From Patescibacteria group bacterium (GTDB lineage Bacteria; Patescibacteriota; Patescibacteriia; UBA9934; GWF2-40-263), in NCBI GenBank assembly GCA_041661745.1, contig JBAZTR010000003.1, positions 11,965-75,964 on the forward strand: a DNA stretch of 64,000 bases, in the 5' to 3' direction. Positions 55,444 through 64,000 of this stretch are shown in pieces; position 1 is the stretch's first letter, and each line of letters opens with the position of its first letter. The notes under the pieces are model-generated. The model did not search any database. It was not told the DNA's origin and saw only the letters and a list, made by a program, of their open reading frames with translations. The position numbers and the translations under genes were made by a program.

Positions 55444-56982
55444 TTACATGGTTTTAATTATTTCTTTAACACGGGCCATGGCCTCGGCCGGATCATAATG
55501 ACCCTCTTCGTTGATAATTTTAGTGATTTCTCCGACCCATGGGCCGCCCGGGCGATCTTCCCCTTTTATCTCTCGCCACAGAGTCAAAACTTCCTGACCT
55601 TGAATAACCGGACCAAACGGTTTTTTAAGCTCGCTGATAATTCTGGTAATTTCCGCTAATTGGCGAAAAGGCGGTTTATCTTTTTTGGGGTTACAACCAA
55701 AATAATCAGCCTCACACACCACTAAAAATGCCTGCCACGGAAAACTCCTATTTTGATCAAGCTGCAATCTGTCCAAAAATCTTTTAGTCGCTTTTTTATA
55801 CTGATCTTCACTCATTTTTCCGGCAAAAAATAATTCACCTTGATCACCCGGTAAACTATGAAGTCGAACAATGCGTAAAACAACATCCAAAACCTCCTCA
55901 GAAACATTTAGACGTTTTAAAAAAGCTCTTGCCGGTTCTATCCCAGCCGTTTCATGATCAAAAGAGTGAATTTTTCCGTCATCTCCGCGCTTGGTAACGG
56001 ACAACTTACCAACATCATGGAGAAGAGCCCCCAACATAACGGAAAATTTAATCTTTTTGTATTCACCCTCAGCCGTTTCAGACGGACAAGGAAACCTTTT
56101 TTCAAACAACATCGCCGCGGCATCAACCACCAACTTGGTATGTATCCAAACATCACCTTCAGGATGAAAAAATGGATCCTGTTCACAACCAATCATGTTA
56201 TTAAGTTCTGGGAAATGCCGTTCCAAAATACCCAAGTCGCGCATTAATTCCAAACCAACCGAAGGCTTTTCCGATTTAGTCAAAAGTTTTTCCATCTCAC
56301 CACAAATTCGCTCGGCCGGAAGATGGTCAAGAGCACCGTTGGCCACCATTTCTTTCATGAAGGAAAAAGTTTTTGGCTCAACAGTTAATCCAAAGCGCGC
56401 GACAAATTGTACGCCGCGCATGACCCGCAACGGATCATCTTTAAAAGTTTTCTCATCAACTAGCCGCAGAATACCTTTTTGTAAATCTTCCTTTCCGCCG
56501 AAAGAATCAATAATTTCTCCACTCAAAACATCCATGCTTAAAGCGTTAATGGTAAAATCACGACGACGTTGGGCTTCAATTATCGACAAATTTGGGTCCC
56601 CCTTAACTTCAATATCTTTATGCCCTGCCCCAACCCCGCGAGAATCAATCCGCGGAATGGAGACATCGAGTTCCAAACCGCCCGGCAAGGCAACTTTTAT
56701 AACACCGAATGATTTCCCAACCTCGTTCACGCTTTCACTGCCAAAAAGTTCTTGTAAAACCTCAACTAATTTGTCTGAACCAACTCCAAAAACCTCAACA
56801 TCAGCGTCTTTCGGGTTGCTACCACGTAAAGTATCGCGAACAAAACCACCAACAATCATTACTCTCGGTCTAACAGAATTAGATAAAGATAAATCTGGCG
56901 GTAAATTGTTTACCGCTTCAGAAATTTTTTTGGCTGCGATTATTAAATCGTTGACTTCTTTCATAACAGTCATACTATCCAA
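55444..56982 (-). CDS. Class II tRNA nucleotidyltransferase (CCA-adding/poly(A) polymerase family) with HD domain
   Basis: VGGFVRD...KDADVEV, RRDFTINA, DDPLRVMR, HPEGDVWIHT, LLHDVGK. Confidence 0.92.
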   Translation of the reverse strand: MDSMTVMKEVNDLIIAAKKISEAVNNLPPDLSLSNSVRPRVMIVGGFVRDTLRGSNPKDADVEVFGVGSDKLVEVLQELFGSESVNEVGKSFGVIKVALPGGLELDVSIPRIDSRGVGAGHKDIEVKGDPNLSIIEAQRRRDFTINALSMDVLSGEIIDSFGGKEDLQKGILRLVDEKTFKDDPLRVMRGVQFVARFGLTVEPKTFSFMKEMVANGALDHLPAERICGEMEKLLTKSEKPSVGLELMRDLGILERHFPELNNMIGCEQDPFFHPEGDVWIHTKLVVDAAAMLFEKRFPCPSETAEGEYKKIKFSVMLGALLHDVGKLSVTKRGDDGKIHSFDHETAGIEPARAFLKRLNVSEEVLDVVLRIVRLHSLPGDQGELFFAGKMSEDQYKKATKRFLDRLQLDQNRSFPWQAFLVVCEADYFGCNPKKDKPPFRQLAEITRIISELKKPFGPVIQGQEVLTLWREIKGEDRPGGPWVGEITKIINEEGHYDPAEAMARVKEIIKTM

Positions 56983-57027
56983 GATTTTAGCTCACTTGTC
57001 AAAAATTTGTTATAATATTGACACCTT

Positions 57028-57951
57028 ATGTTCACCACTCTTCCCTATGTTCTTGATATGGCCGAACGCGGTCATTACGCGGTTGGAGCTTTTAATGTTT
57101 ACAATCTTGAAACAATTCAAGCAGTCATTGCCGCGGCCGAGGCCGAAAGAGCGCCGGTGATTATCCAGACCTCAGAAGCCGCCATTAAATACGCCGGAAT
57201 GGACACTTTGGGCGCCCTGGTTCACCTGCTCGCTAAAAAAACAAAAGTCCCGATAGTTTTTCATCTCGATCATGGAAAAGATGAGAAACTAGTAATGGCC
57301 GCCATAAAAAGTGGTTGGTACAGCAGCGTCATGTTTGATGGTTCGGCTCTGCCCTACAATAAAAATCTGACGGTCACTAAAAAATTAGCAAAGCTGGCCC
57401 ATACTAATGGCGTAGCTTTAGAAGCTGAACTCGGGGCCATTGCCGGTATTGAAGATTTTATCTCGGTTAAAGAGCGCGATGCTCACCTAACCGATCCCAA
57501 GCAAGCAGCCGAGTTTGTTTATTTAACCGATTGTGATGCTTTAGCCATCGCTATTGGCACCAAACACGGGGCTTACAAATTTAGCGGCGAAAGTCGCCTT
57601 GATTACAACCGTTTAAAAGCAATTGAGGACGCGGTCGAACTCCCCTTGGTTCTTCACGGTGCCTCGGGGGTGCCAAAAAACATAAAAGATATAGCCATAA
57701 AGTACGGGGCCAAAATTGAGGAAGCCAAGGGCGTCTCCGATCAATCAATTCGTCGGGCAGTATCACTCGGTATTCGCAAAATAAATATCGACACCGACCT
57801 CCGAATTGCTATGAATGCCGGGGTTCGCCAATACTTAAAGGATCACGCCGAAGAAATCGACCCGCGAGCGGTTCTTGGAGCCGGTCGTGATCTAATGACT
57901 GAAGTAATTAGACAAAAAATAAAATTATTTGGTTCGGCTAACCGAGCGTAA
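57028..57951 (+). CDS. fba: Class II fructose-1,6-bisphosphate aldolase
   Basis: AVGAFN, HLDHG, SSVMFDGS, GTKHGAYK, VLHGASG, KINIDTD. Confidence 0.96.
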   Translation: MFTTLPYVLDMAERGHYAVGAFNVYNLETIQAVIAAAEAERAPVIIQTSEAAIKYAGMDTLGALVHLLAKKTKVPIVFHLDHGKDEKLVMAAIKSGWYSSVMFDGSALPYNKNLTVTKKLAKLAHTNGVALEAELGAIAGIEDFISVKERDAHLTDPKQAAEFVYLTDCDALAIAIGTKHGAYKFSGESRLDYNRLKAIEDAVELPLVLHGASGVPKNIKDIAIKYGAKIEEAKGVSDQSIRRAVSLGIRKINIDTDLRIAMNAGVRQYLKDHAEEIDPRAVLGAGRDLMTEVIRQKIKLFGSANRA

Positions 57952-57952
57952 T

Positions 57953-58921
57953 ATGTACGATATCGTCACCATCGGAGGAGCGACGCGTGATGTCTTCCTC
58001 CTCTCCGATAAATTCACCTTTCTGCACTCGCGCGAATTTGAAACCGGCGTTGGTGAGTGTGTTTCTTTTGGGACCAAAATTGATTTGAATCAAATCGTCT
58101 TTACCAGCGGTGGTGGGGCCACTAACGCTGCCGCGACTTTTGCTAATTTGGGTTATAACACAGCCGCGGTGTGCCGCATTGGCGATGACTTGGCCGGACG
58201 CGACCTTTTAATCGATCTAAAATCACACGGAATAAAAACCGAACTTATTAAAAAAATTGCTGGCGGGCAAACAGCTTATTCTACTCTTTTAACGGCTTCT
58301 AACGGTGAACGTACTGCTCTGGTGTTACGTGGTGTCGGAGCCACCTTTTCCGAAAAAGACATTCCATGGAGCAAAATAAAAGCTCATATTATTTATTTAA
58401 CTTCGCTCGGTGGAGACTTTTCCCTTTCCAAAAAAATTATTGAAAAACTGAAAACTCCAAATATTCTCATTGTTTGGAACCCAGGCAAGGGCGAGCTTAA
58501 AAAAGGTCTTGGAGTATTTAAAAAAATCCTTCCAAAGGTTGATATTTTCAACATTAACCGCGAAGAGGCTGAACTTTTAACAAAAAAGAAAGAAATAAAA
58601 GAAATGTTTGAGGCCCTTGATCGTAAAACCGGGGTGACGATTATCACTGATGGCCCGCGCGGGGCTTATGCTTTCAGTGAAGGCAAGGCTTGGCACGCCA
58701 GTACGACTGGGGCGCGCTCAGTTTCCAGAACTGGCGCCGGCGACTCCTTTGGCTCGGGCTTTGTGGCCGGCTATCTAAGATATGACGAAATCAGAAAAGC
58801 TCTGGCCGTTGGCATAATCAACGCCGAAGCGGTTATCCAAAAAATTGGTGCTAAGGCCGGACTGATTAAAAGCTGGCCGACTGAAAAACAACTCTCTAAA
58901 ATAAAAATCGTCAAAAAATAA
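57953..58921 (+). CDS. PfkB-family carbohydrate kinase
   Basis: GGGATNAA, NREEA, RTGAGDSFGSGF. Confidence 0.92.
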   Translation: MYDIVTIGGATRDVFLLSDKFTFLHSREFETGVGECVSFGTKIDLNQIVFTSGGGATNAAATFANLGYNTAAVCRIGDDLAGRDLLIDLKSHGIKTELIKKIAGGQTAYSTLLTASNGERTALVLRGVGATFSEKDIPWSKIKAHIIYLTSLGGDFSLSKKIIEKLKTPNILIVWNPGKGELKKGLGVFKKILPKVDIFNINREEAELLTKKKEIKEMFEALDRKTGVTIITDGPRGAYAFSEGKAWHASTTGARSVSRTGAGDSFGSGFVAGYLRYDEIRKALAVGIINAEAVIQKIGAKAGLIKSWPTEKQLSKIKIVKK

Positions 58922-58924
58922 TTT

Positions 58925-59914
58925 ATGAACTACAAGATTTTTGTCACCCGCGACATTCCCGACGAAGGTTTGAACATGTTACGCAAACTAAAAAATGTCA
59001 CCCTTAAGGTCTACCCTGGTGACAAAGCTATTCCACGCAAAGAACTTTTAAAACAAGTTAAGGACGCCGACATTTTGTTATCTCTCCTCACGGAAAAAAT
59101 TGACACCCAGTTATTTGAAGCCGCCCTACACCTTAAAATGATTGCCAACTACGCGGTCGGTTTCGACAACATCGATGTTAAGGAAGCGAAGAAAAGAAAA
59201 ATTGTCGTTACCAATACCCCACATGCTAATGTCTCGGAAACCGTGGCCGAACACACCATCGCTTTAATTTTTGCTTTGTCTCATCGTATTCCCGAAGCCG
59301 ATCGTTTTACTCGAGCTGGTCGTTATGAGGGATGGGGACCAAAAATGTTGCTTGGCACTGACCTTTGGAAAAAAACCGTTGGTGTTATTGGTGCCGGTCG
59401 TATCGGTGGGGCCGTACTTCGCCGCTTGCGCGACGGCTTCGAAGTAAAAGTTATTTACAACGATAAAAAACGTAATTCAGAATTTGAAAAAGCAACCGGA
59501 GCAAAATACCGGACCAAAGATCAACTTCTTAAAGAAGCCGATTTTGTTTCTCTTCATGTTCCGCTCTGCCCGGCCACTCGGCATCTTATGAGCACTCGCG
59601 AATTCAAACTCATGAAAAAAACCGCCTTCTTAATCAACACGGCTCGCGGTCCGGTTGTTGATGAAAAAGCTCTACTCAAAGCTTTACGCGACAAGGACAT
59701 CGCCGGCGCCGGCCTTGATGTTTTTGAATGCGAACCAATGATCGATTGTGATCCGCGTGACAATTTGGAACTCCGCCGCATGGAAAACGTGGTTTTAACC
59801 CCACACACCGCTTCGGCCACCATTGAGGCCCGCCAGGCCATGAGCCGCGTGGCCGGTGAAAACATCATTGCTTTTATTAAAGGAAAAACTCCACCCAATC
59901 TCTGCCAAAGCTAG
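58925..59914 (+). CDS. D-2-hydroxyacid dehydrogenase (glyoxylate/hydroxypyruvate reductase-like)
   Basis: AVGFDNID, GAGRIG, INTARG, LDVFE.EP, TPHTAS. Confidence 0.93.
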   Translation: MNYKIFVTRDIPDEGLNMLRKLKNVTLKVYPGDKAIPRKELLKQVKDADILLSLLTEKIDTQLFEAALHLKMIANYAVGFDNIDVKEAKKRKIVVTNTPHANVSETVAEHTIALIFALSHRIPEADRFTRAGRYEGWGPKMLLGTDLWKKTVGVIGAGRIGGAVLRRLRDGFEVKVIYNDKKRNSEFEKATGAKYRTKDQLLKEADFVSLHVPLCPATRHLMSTREFKLMKKTAFLINTARGPVVDEKALLKALRDKDIAGAGLDVFECEPMIDCDPRDNLELRRMENVVLTPHTASATIEARQAMSRVAGENIIAFIKGKTPPNLCQS

Positions 59915-59960
59915 GGGCTTGCTTTTTACTGTAAAAACTTGTTAAATATAAAGGCTTATT

Positions 59961-60338
59961 ATGAGAAGGAACTTCTTTTTTCCAATAATTATCGCCATAG
60001 CGGCCATAGCCGTTGTGGCACTTTTTGTTGTTCTATTCAAAGCGGGCCACCCCACTCTTCCGTCCAGCGGCCTGACCTTCTTTTACAGCGACACTTGCCC
60101 ACACTGCAAAAATGTCGAAGATTTTTTTGCTGTCAACGAAGTCGACAAAAAAATAAATGTTGAAAAGTTAGAAATCAACGGTTCTACTGAAAATGCCAAA
60201 TTGTTTTACAACGCCAATGTAGCTTGCGGCGTTACCGATCAAAAAGACATGGGCGTACCTCTTCTTTGGGATGGTTCGACCTGCGTCAATGGTGATGAGC
60301 CAATTATAACTTATTTCCAAAACAAATTGGGTTTATGA
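59961..60338 (+). CDS. Membrane-anchored glutaredoxin/thioredoxin-fold protein
   Basis: N-terminal TM segment; FYSDTCPHCKNV; GVP; GD. Confidence 0.85.
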   Translation: MRRNFFFPIIIAIAAIAVVALFVVLFKAGHPTLPSSGLTFFYSDTCPHCKNVEDFFAVNEVDKKINVEKLEINGSTENAKLFYNANVACGVTDQKDMGVPLLWDGSTCVNGDEPIITYFQNKLGL

Positions 60339-60856
60339 AACATTTCGTACAATCGGCCAGCGCAGTTTCGGCCGCGGCTTTTGCCGGTGAATTTCTTTTC
60401 ACTCACAAGGCCGAAGCTTTTTGTCCAGTTTGCACGGTCGCGGCCGGGGCTGGTGTTGGTTTAGCCCGATGGCTCGGTATCGACGATACGATTACCGGTT
60501 TATGGATTGGCGCCCTTTTGGTTTCTGTCACTTTCTGGACAGCTAACTGGATGACTAAGAAAGGCTGGGGCTTTAAAGGACTTACCTTGCTTTCTGGCGT
60601 CTTCTATGTTTTAATCACCGTCGTGCCCCTCTTTTACACTGGTATTATGGGCCACCCGTGGAATACTCTCTGGGGCATCGACAAACTGGGTTTGGGAATG
60701 GCCGTCGGTGCTATCCTCTTCTACGCCGCAGAAAAACTTTACCTGTTCCTAAAAAAGAAAAACAACGGCCACGCCCACTTCCCTTTTGAGAAAGTGGCTC
60801 TGCCGGTTGCCGCCCTGGTAATCTTAAGTGGAATCTTCTACTTCATCACTAAATAA
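60335..60856 (+). CDS. Membrane protein with CPVC motif
   Basis: AFCPVCTVA followed by about 4 TM segments. Confidence 0.8.
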   Translation: MKHFVQSASAVSAAAFAGEFLFTHKAEAFCPVCTVAAGAGVGLARWLGIDDTITGLWIGALLVSVTFWTANWMTKKGWGFKGLTLLSGVFYVLITVVPLFYTGIMGHPWNTLWGIDKLGLGMAVGAILFYAAEKLYLFLKKKNNGHAHFPFEKVALPVAALVILSGIFYFITK

Positions 60857-60860
60857 TTTT

Positions 60861-61385
60861 ATGGATTACGATAAAATCAAGGAGTTCGTCGATAAGGTCG
60901 ACCAAATGAAAAAGCAGGACCGTATGGATCTCTCATCCGATCAGGATTTGAGTATTGCCGTCATGAACTTGATTTCCATCGAGGAGCACTTTTTCTTCAC
61001 CGCTGAAAAAACCGGCAAGCGTGAATACTTCGACATGTTGAACGAAGTTCGGGCCATGCGCAAAGAACTTTTACAAAAATTAATTAAGCAGTACGAAGGT
61101 GAAGTCTGGTGCATTTCCAAACATTTGCTCGCCGCCTCAATGCGTTTAATGGAAGTCGGTACAAAAGCCTTGGGTCAAGGTAATAAAGAGACTGCCTACG
61201 AGCTCTTCGATAAGTCCTACAATCTCTATTCCCTCTTCTGGGGTTTAAACATGAAAATGATTGATTTGGGTGATGTTAAAAAAATTGATGATCTTGCCCT
61301 CAATAAACACGACGAAGAAAAGAAAGGTTTTATGGGCAAACTTGGTGAGTTGGTAAAAAAAGCGGTTGACTGTTGCATTGAATAA
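60861..61385 (+). CDS. Helical hypothetical protein with EEH, WCISKH and C-terminal DCCIE motifs
   Basis: ATG 60861; operon spacing. Confidence 0.8.
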   Translation: MDYDKIKEFVDKVDQMKKQDRMDLSSDQDLSIAVMNLISIEEHFFFTAEKTGKREYFDMLNEVRAMRKELLQKLIKQYEGEVWCISKHLLAASMRLMEVGTKALGQGNKETAYELFDKSYNLYSLFWGLNMKMIDLGDVKKIDDLALNKHDEEKKGFMGKLGELVKKAVDCCIE

Positions 61386-61430
61386 ATTACAAATCAAAAT
61401 CCCGGCTAAAAGCCGGGGTTTTATTTTTTC

Positions 61431-61505
61431 TGGTGGACCAGAGCGGGATCGAACCGCTGACCTCCTGCTTGCAAAGCAGGCATTCTACCACTGAACTACT
61501 GGCCC
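61431..61505 (-). tRNA. tRNA-Ala(TGC)
   Basis: G3-U70 pair, CCTGC-TTTGCAA-GCAGG anticodon arm, GGTTCGATCCC, CCA. Confidence 0.97.
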
Positions 61506-61545
61506 GAAATATTTTATCGTCTTTAGACTACTGCTATATTGTTTT

Positions 61546-61612
61546 ATTTTACCACTGCCCCGCCTCGCTGCGCTCGGACGGGGTCCCGCCATAGGCGGGA
61601 AACTACTGGCCC
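61546..61612 (-). pseudogene. Duplicated 5' fragment of tRNA-Ala interrupted by a 43-bp REP-like insert
   Basis: ATTTTACCACTG|insert 61558-61600|AACTACTGGCCC versus tRNA ATTCTACCACTGAACTACTGGCCC (61482-61505). Confidence 0.8.
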
Positions 61613-61626
61613 ATGTTGCGATGGGA

Positions 61627-61655
61627 AGTATAAACTGGAATTCGATTTCGGTCAA
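61627..61655 (-). promoter_or_regulatory. sigma70-like promoter for tRNA-Ala
   Basis: TTGACC-17 bp-TATACT. Confidence 0.65.
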
Positions 61656-61702
61656 TGATTGGATAAAAATATCCTCGAAAAATTGAGGATATTTTATTTC
61701 TA

Positions 61703-62797
61703 TTATTTTTTTGGCTCTTTATTTTTCTTTCCGCGATATCGGGTGATGATTAGAATAAACAAAAGAATCAGGAGCAATAACCAAAAAGGACAAAAGCCAA
61801 CCGAAATCGCGGCTGATTCCCCAACAATCTGTGGGACTGAGGTTTCAATTGTTTCTATAATTTCTTTAATCTCGGAAATAATTATTGGAGATATTGGTGT
61901 CTCTGGAGTGATGGGTGGAGTAACTTCGGCAGGAGTTGTACAAGGAACTCCATTGACGAGGCAAGGCGTTTGTGGTGGTTCAGTGACAACCACCTCCTCT
62001 TGTTCTTCGGTTTGGATTTGCTCCTGGGTGACACGGAACACAATCGTGTAACTATCCGCACTTGTTGTTGTCTCATGTTCGGCTGTTGTGTAAAAAGAAT
62101 ATCCGCCCTCTAGATTCGTTGTATCAATAAGAAAAGAGTAAATACCGTCCTTATTGGCAATCGTAGACAAAAAAGAAGAGCCGTCAAAACTTTCTTTCAA
62201 ATCAATTGTGCTAAATGGCACACTTTGACCCCACACAGTAACTGTTTGCCCGGCCATAACATCTGATTCATCAAGCGAGATAGATGGCGCAATAAAAATA
62301 TTGTCGACAATAGTGTCGTGACGAGCGATAATTTCAAAAGAAATTGGAAAGAGAGGCGATCTAATTCCCTGGTAATCTTCACTATAAACAAAAAGTGTAT
62401 ATTCCCGGCGTTCTAAATCAGAAAGTATTTCGGAAAATGCTGCGGAACGGTTAGAAGTATCGGAAAGAATGGTTAAACTGTTTTCTGTAAAATATACTTC
62501 TTTATTAGGATAGGCATCTCCAGAAAGAAAAAGACGTGTGCTGATATTCCCTCCGGACCCACCCGAACCGGTCGCAGGATCGGTTTCGTCGTTATCAAGT
62601 CCGGAAGTGCAACCTAGATCGCCAGGAAAATCTGTAAGCCCATCACTGTCGTTATCTACTCCATCAGCGCAGGCAGCAGCGGCTTCAATTGTGACAGTAA
62701 GGTTAGCATTTGGCGAAGCCGCGACACTGAAGGGGAAAAACAAAACAACAAATAACACAAAGAGACATCGGTTAATTTGTTGTTTATAATGTCGCAT
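61703..62797 (-). CDS. Secreted Ig-like protein with a Ca-binding repeat and C-terminal TM anchor
   Basis: Signal peptide; CADGVDNDSDGLTDFPGDLGC; P/E/T-rich linker; TM segment plus basic tail. Confidence 0.8.
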   Translation of the reverse strand: MRHYKQQINRCLFVLFVVLFFPFSVAASPNANLTVTIEAAAACADGVDNDSDGLTDFPGDLGCTSGLDNDETDPATGSGGSGGNISTRLFLSGDAYPNKEVYFTENSLTILSDTSNRSAAFSEILSDLERREYTLFVYSEDYQGIRSPLFPISFEIIARHDTIVDNIFIAPSISLDESDVMAGQTVTVWGQSVPFSTIDLKESFDGSSFLSTIANKDGIYSFLIDTTNLEGGYSFYTTAEHETTTSADSYTIVFRVTQEQIQTEEQEEVVVTEPPQTPCLVNGVPCTTPAEVTPPITPETPISPIIISEIKEIIETIETSVPQIVGESAAISVGFCPFWLLLLILLFILIITRYRGKKNKEPKK

Positions 62798-62798
62798 A

Positions 62799-64000
62799 TC
62801 AAATAGCGGTCACGGTAAGAGTCAAGTTAATCGAATAACTGCCAGTTACTTGTTCCGCGGGAATAGATTGAGACAAATCGATAGCGGTAATATCCCAGTA
62901 ACAGTCGACGTCTGCCCCAGCTCCGGCCGAGAGTAAGGTAATTGAGTTTGTGACCCCCTCTGAAAACTTAGAACTACTGCCGCGTAAAAAATCAACAATT
63001 GTGCAAGCCACTTCGGGATCAATATCCTCAGCAGCTGGGTTTACCGAGAGCTGACCACCATAACTATCAACATCTCCACCGTCGACAGCCCCGGCGGTTG
63101 GATCATTAAAATCGTATTTAGGTGTTCCGGCCGACCAGAGGGCGGTTGTCCCATCTGTTGCGGCAATCGAAAGTGACCAAGCTGGATTGGCAGAGGAATT
63201 TGAAACACGAATTTTTTGGTCCGCTACCCCCAACGATCCTTCTGTTGTCTGATAATCAAACGAAACCGTTGCGGCGCCAAGGGCTAGTGTTGGCGACCCG
63301 ACCGACACTCCAGAGGCGTCGACGATATCAACGGACAATGTCCCTGATGTTGCGGACCATGTGCCGGAACTCGAAGCTGAACAAGAATTTGATAATCCTT
63401 TGGAATCACAAACGAAGACATAATAGCTATTTGGACTTGTGAGAGCATCACCGGCAAGTGCTGTGTAGGCACCAGTTTGTGGGTTTGTGTCGGTAAATGA
63501 ACCTGAAGCGTACCATGTTGTATCTGTACATCCGCCAGCCGAAGCGCTAACAAGACTATCGGAACTGCAAACGAACATTTTTACGGTTTCCGCGGTGTTT
63601 GCGTCGGTCCATGTACCACTAGAAAATGTTACATCTGATCCAACGGACACTGGGTCCGGCGTATCGCCAACCGTGCCAACGCTTGGTTGACCGTTAATGG
63701 TAATTTGTCCCGGAGAATAGGCGGAAATGTCACCGCTGGTTCCATCGTTCACAATACCGTAAACGTAATATTCTCCAGCGGTCATTCCGGTTGTGTCCCA
63801 GGCACACGTGACCCCTGTTCCCTCCGCAGCTGTGGCGCAAGGCCCGGTAATAGCTACGCCATCGGCGCCAGTATTATTAGTATCATAATAAAACGCGGCG
63901 GTAACAGCGTGGTCTGTGTCGGCTAAGGTGTAGGTAATATTGTAGCTTGCGCCAGCAACCACGGCGTCGCTTGTGCCATCTGGTTGTGCAATTGAAATAT
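62799..64000 (-). CDS. Large surface protein, C-terminal part (5' end beyond the window), WxL-like final domain
   Basis: Frame is open to the right edge; Ig-like T/S/G-rich domains; ends ...WSLSIAA...IPAEQVTGSYSINLTLTVTAI. Confidence 0.8.
   Translation of the reverse strand, partial: ISIAQPDGTSDAVVAGASYNITYTLADTDHAVTAAFYYDTNNTGADGVAITGPCATAAEGTGVTCAWDTTGMTAGEYYVYGIVNDGTSGDISAYSPGQITINGQPSVGTVGDTPDPVSVGSDVTFSSGTWTDANTAETVKMFVCSSDSLVSASAGGCTDTTWYASGSFTDTNPQTGAYTALAGDALTSPNSYYVFVCDSKGLSNSCSASSSGTWSATSGTLSVDIVDASGVSVGSPTLALGAATVSFDYQTTEGSLGVADQKIRVSNSSANPAWSLSIAATDGTTALWSAGTPKYDFNDPTAGAVDGGDVDSYGGQLSVNPAAEDIDPEVACTIVDFLRGSSSKFSEGVTNSITLLSAGAGADVDCYWDITAIDLSQSIPAEQVTGSYSINLTLTVTAI

Overview
A mostly housekeeping chromosomal window whose gene content and style suggest a Patescibacteria/CPR bacterium (Parcubacteria/ABY1-like; inference). 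The pointers are AT-rich leaders without Shine-Dalgarno (SD) motifs, tRNA-Ile(UAU), type-2 IleRS, split transketolase and many large secreted proteins. It encodes rsmA, tsaC, prfB (programmed +1 frameshift), groEL/ES, yidC, nusA, argS/tyrS/valS/ileS, rplS, five tRNAs, a non-oxidative pentose-phosphate/aldolase cluster, glycosylation genes and two giant surface proteins cut by the window ends. The most unusual elements are: (1) a 40.6-43.35 kb locus with back-to-back sigma70 promoters, driving a ~360-nt multi-hairpin RNA rightward and a ~700-nt hairpin-dense leader plus three GC-rich ORFans leftward, each ORFan followed by a copy of a covarying two-hairpin element; (2) six GC-rich ORFans in four islands that all carry canonical SD motifs, unlike the native genes checked, including an RNAP alpha-CTD-like protein and a DGR-target-like gene; (3) a four-helix-bundle gene bracketed by inverted 9-mer arrays; (4) REP-like palindromes inserted in-frame in rsmA, valS, ileS and others, and in a duplicated tRNA fragment; (5) a naturally circularly permuted DsbA. 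All assignments come from reading the sequence by eye; no searches or folding programs were run.
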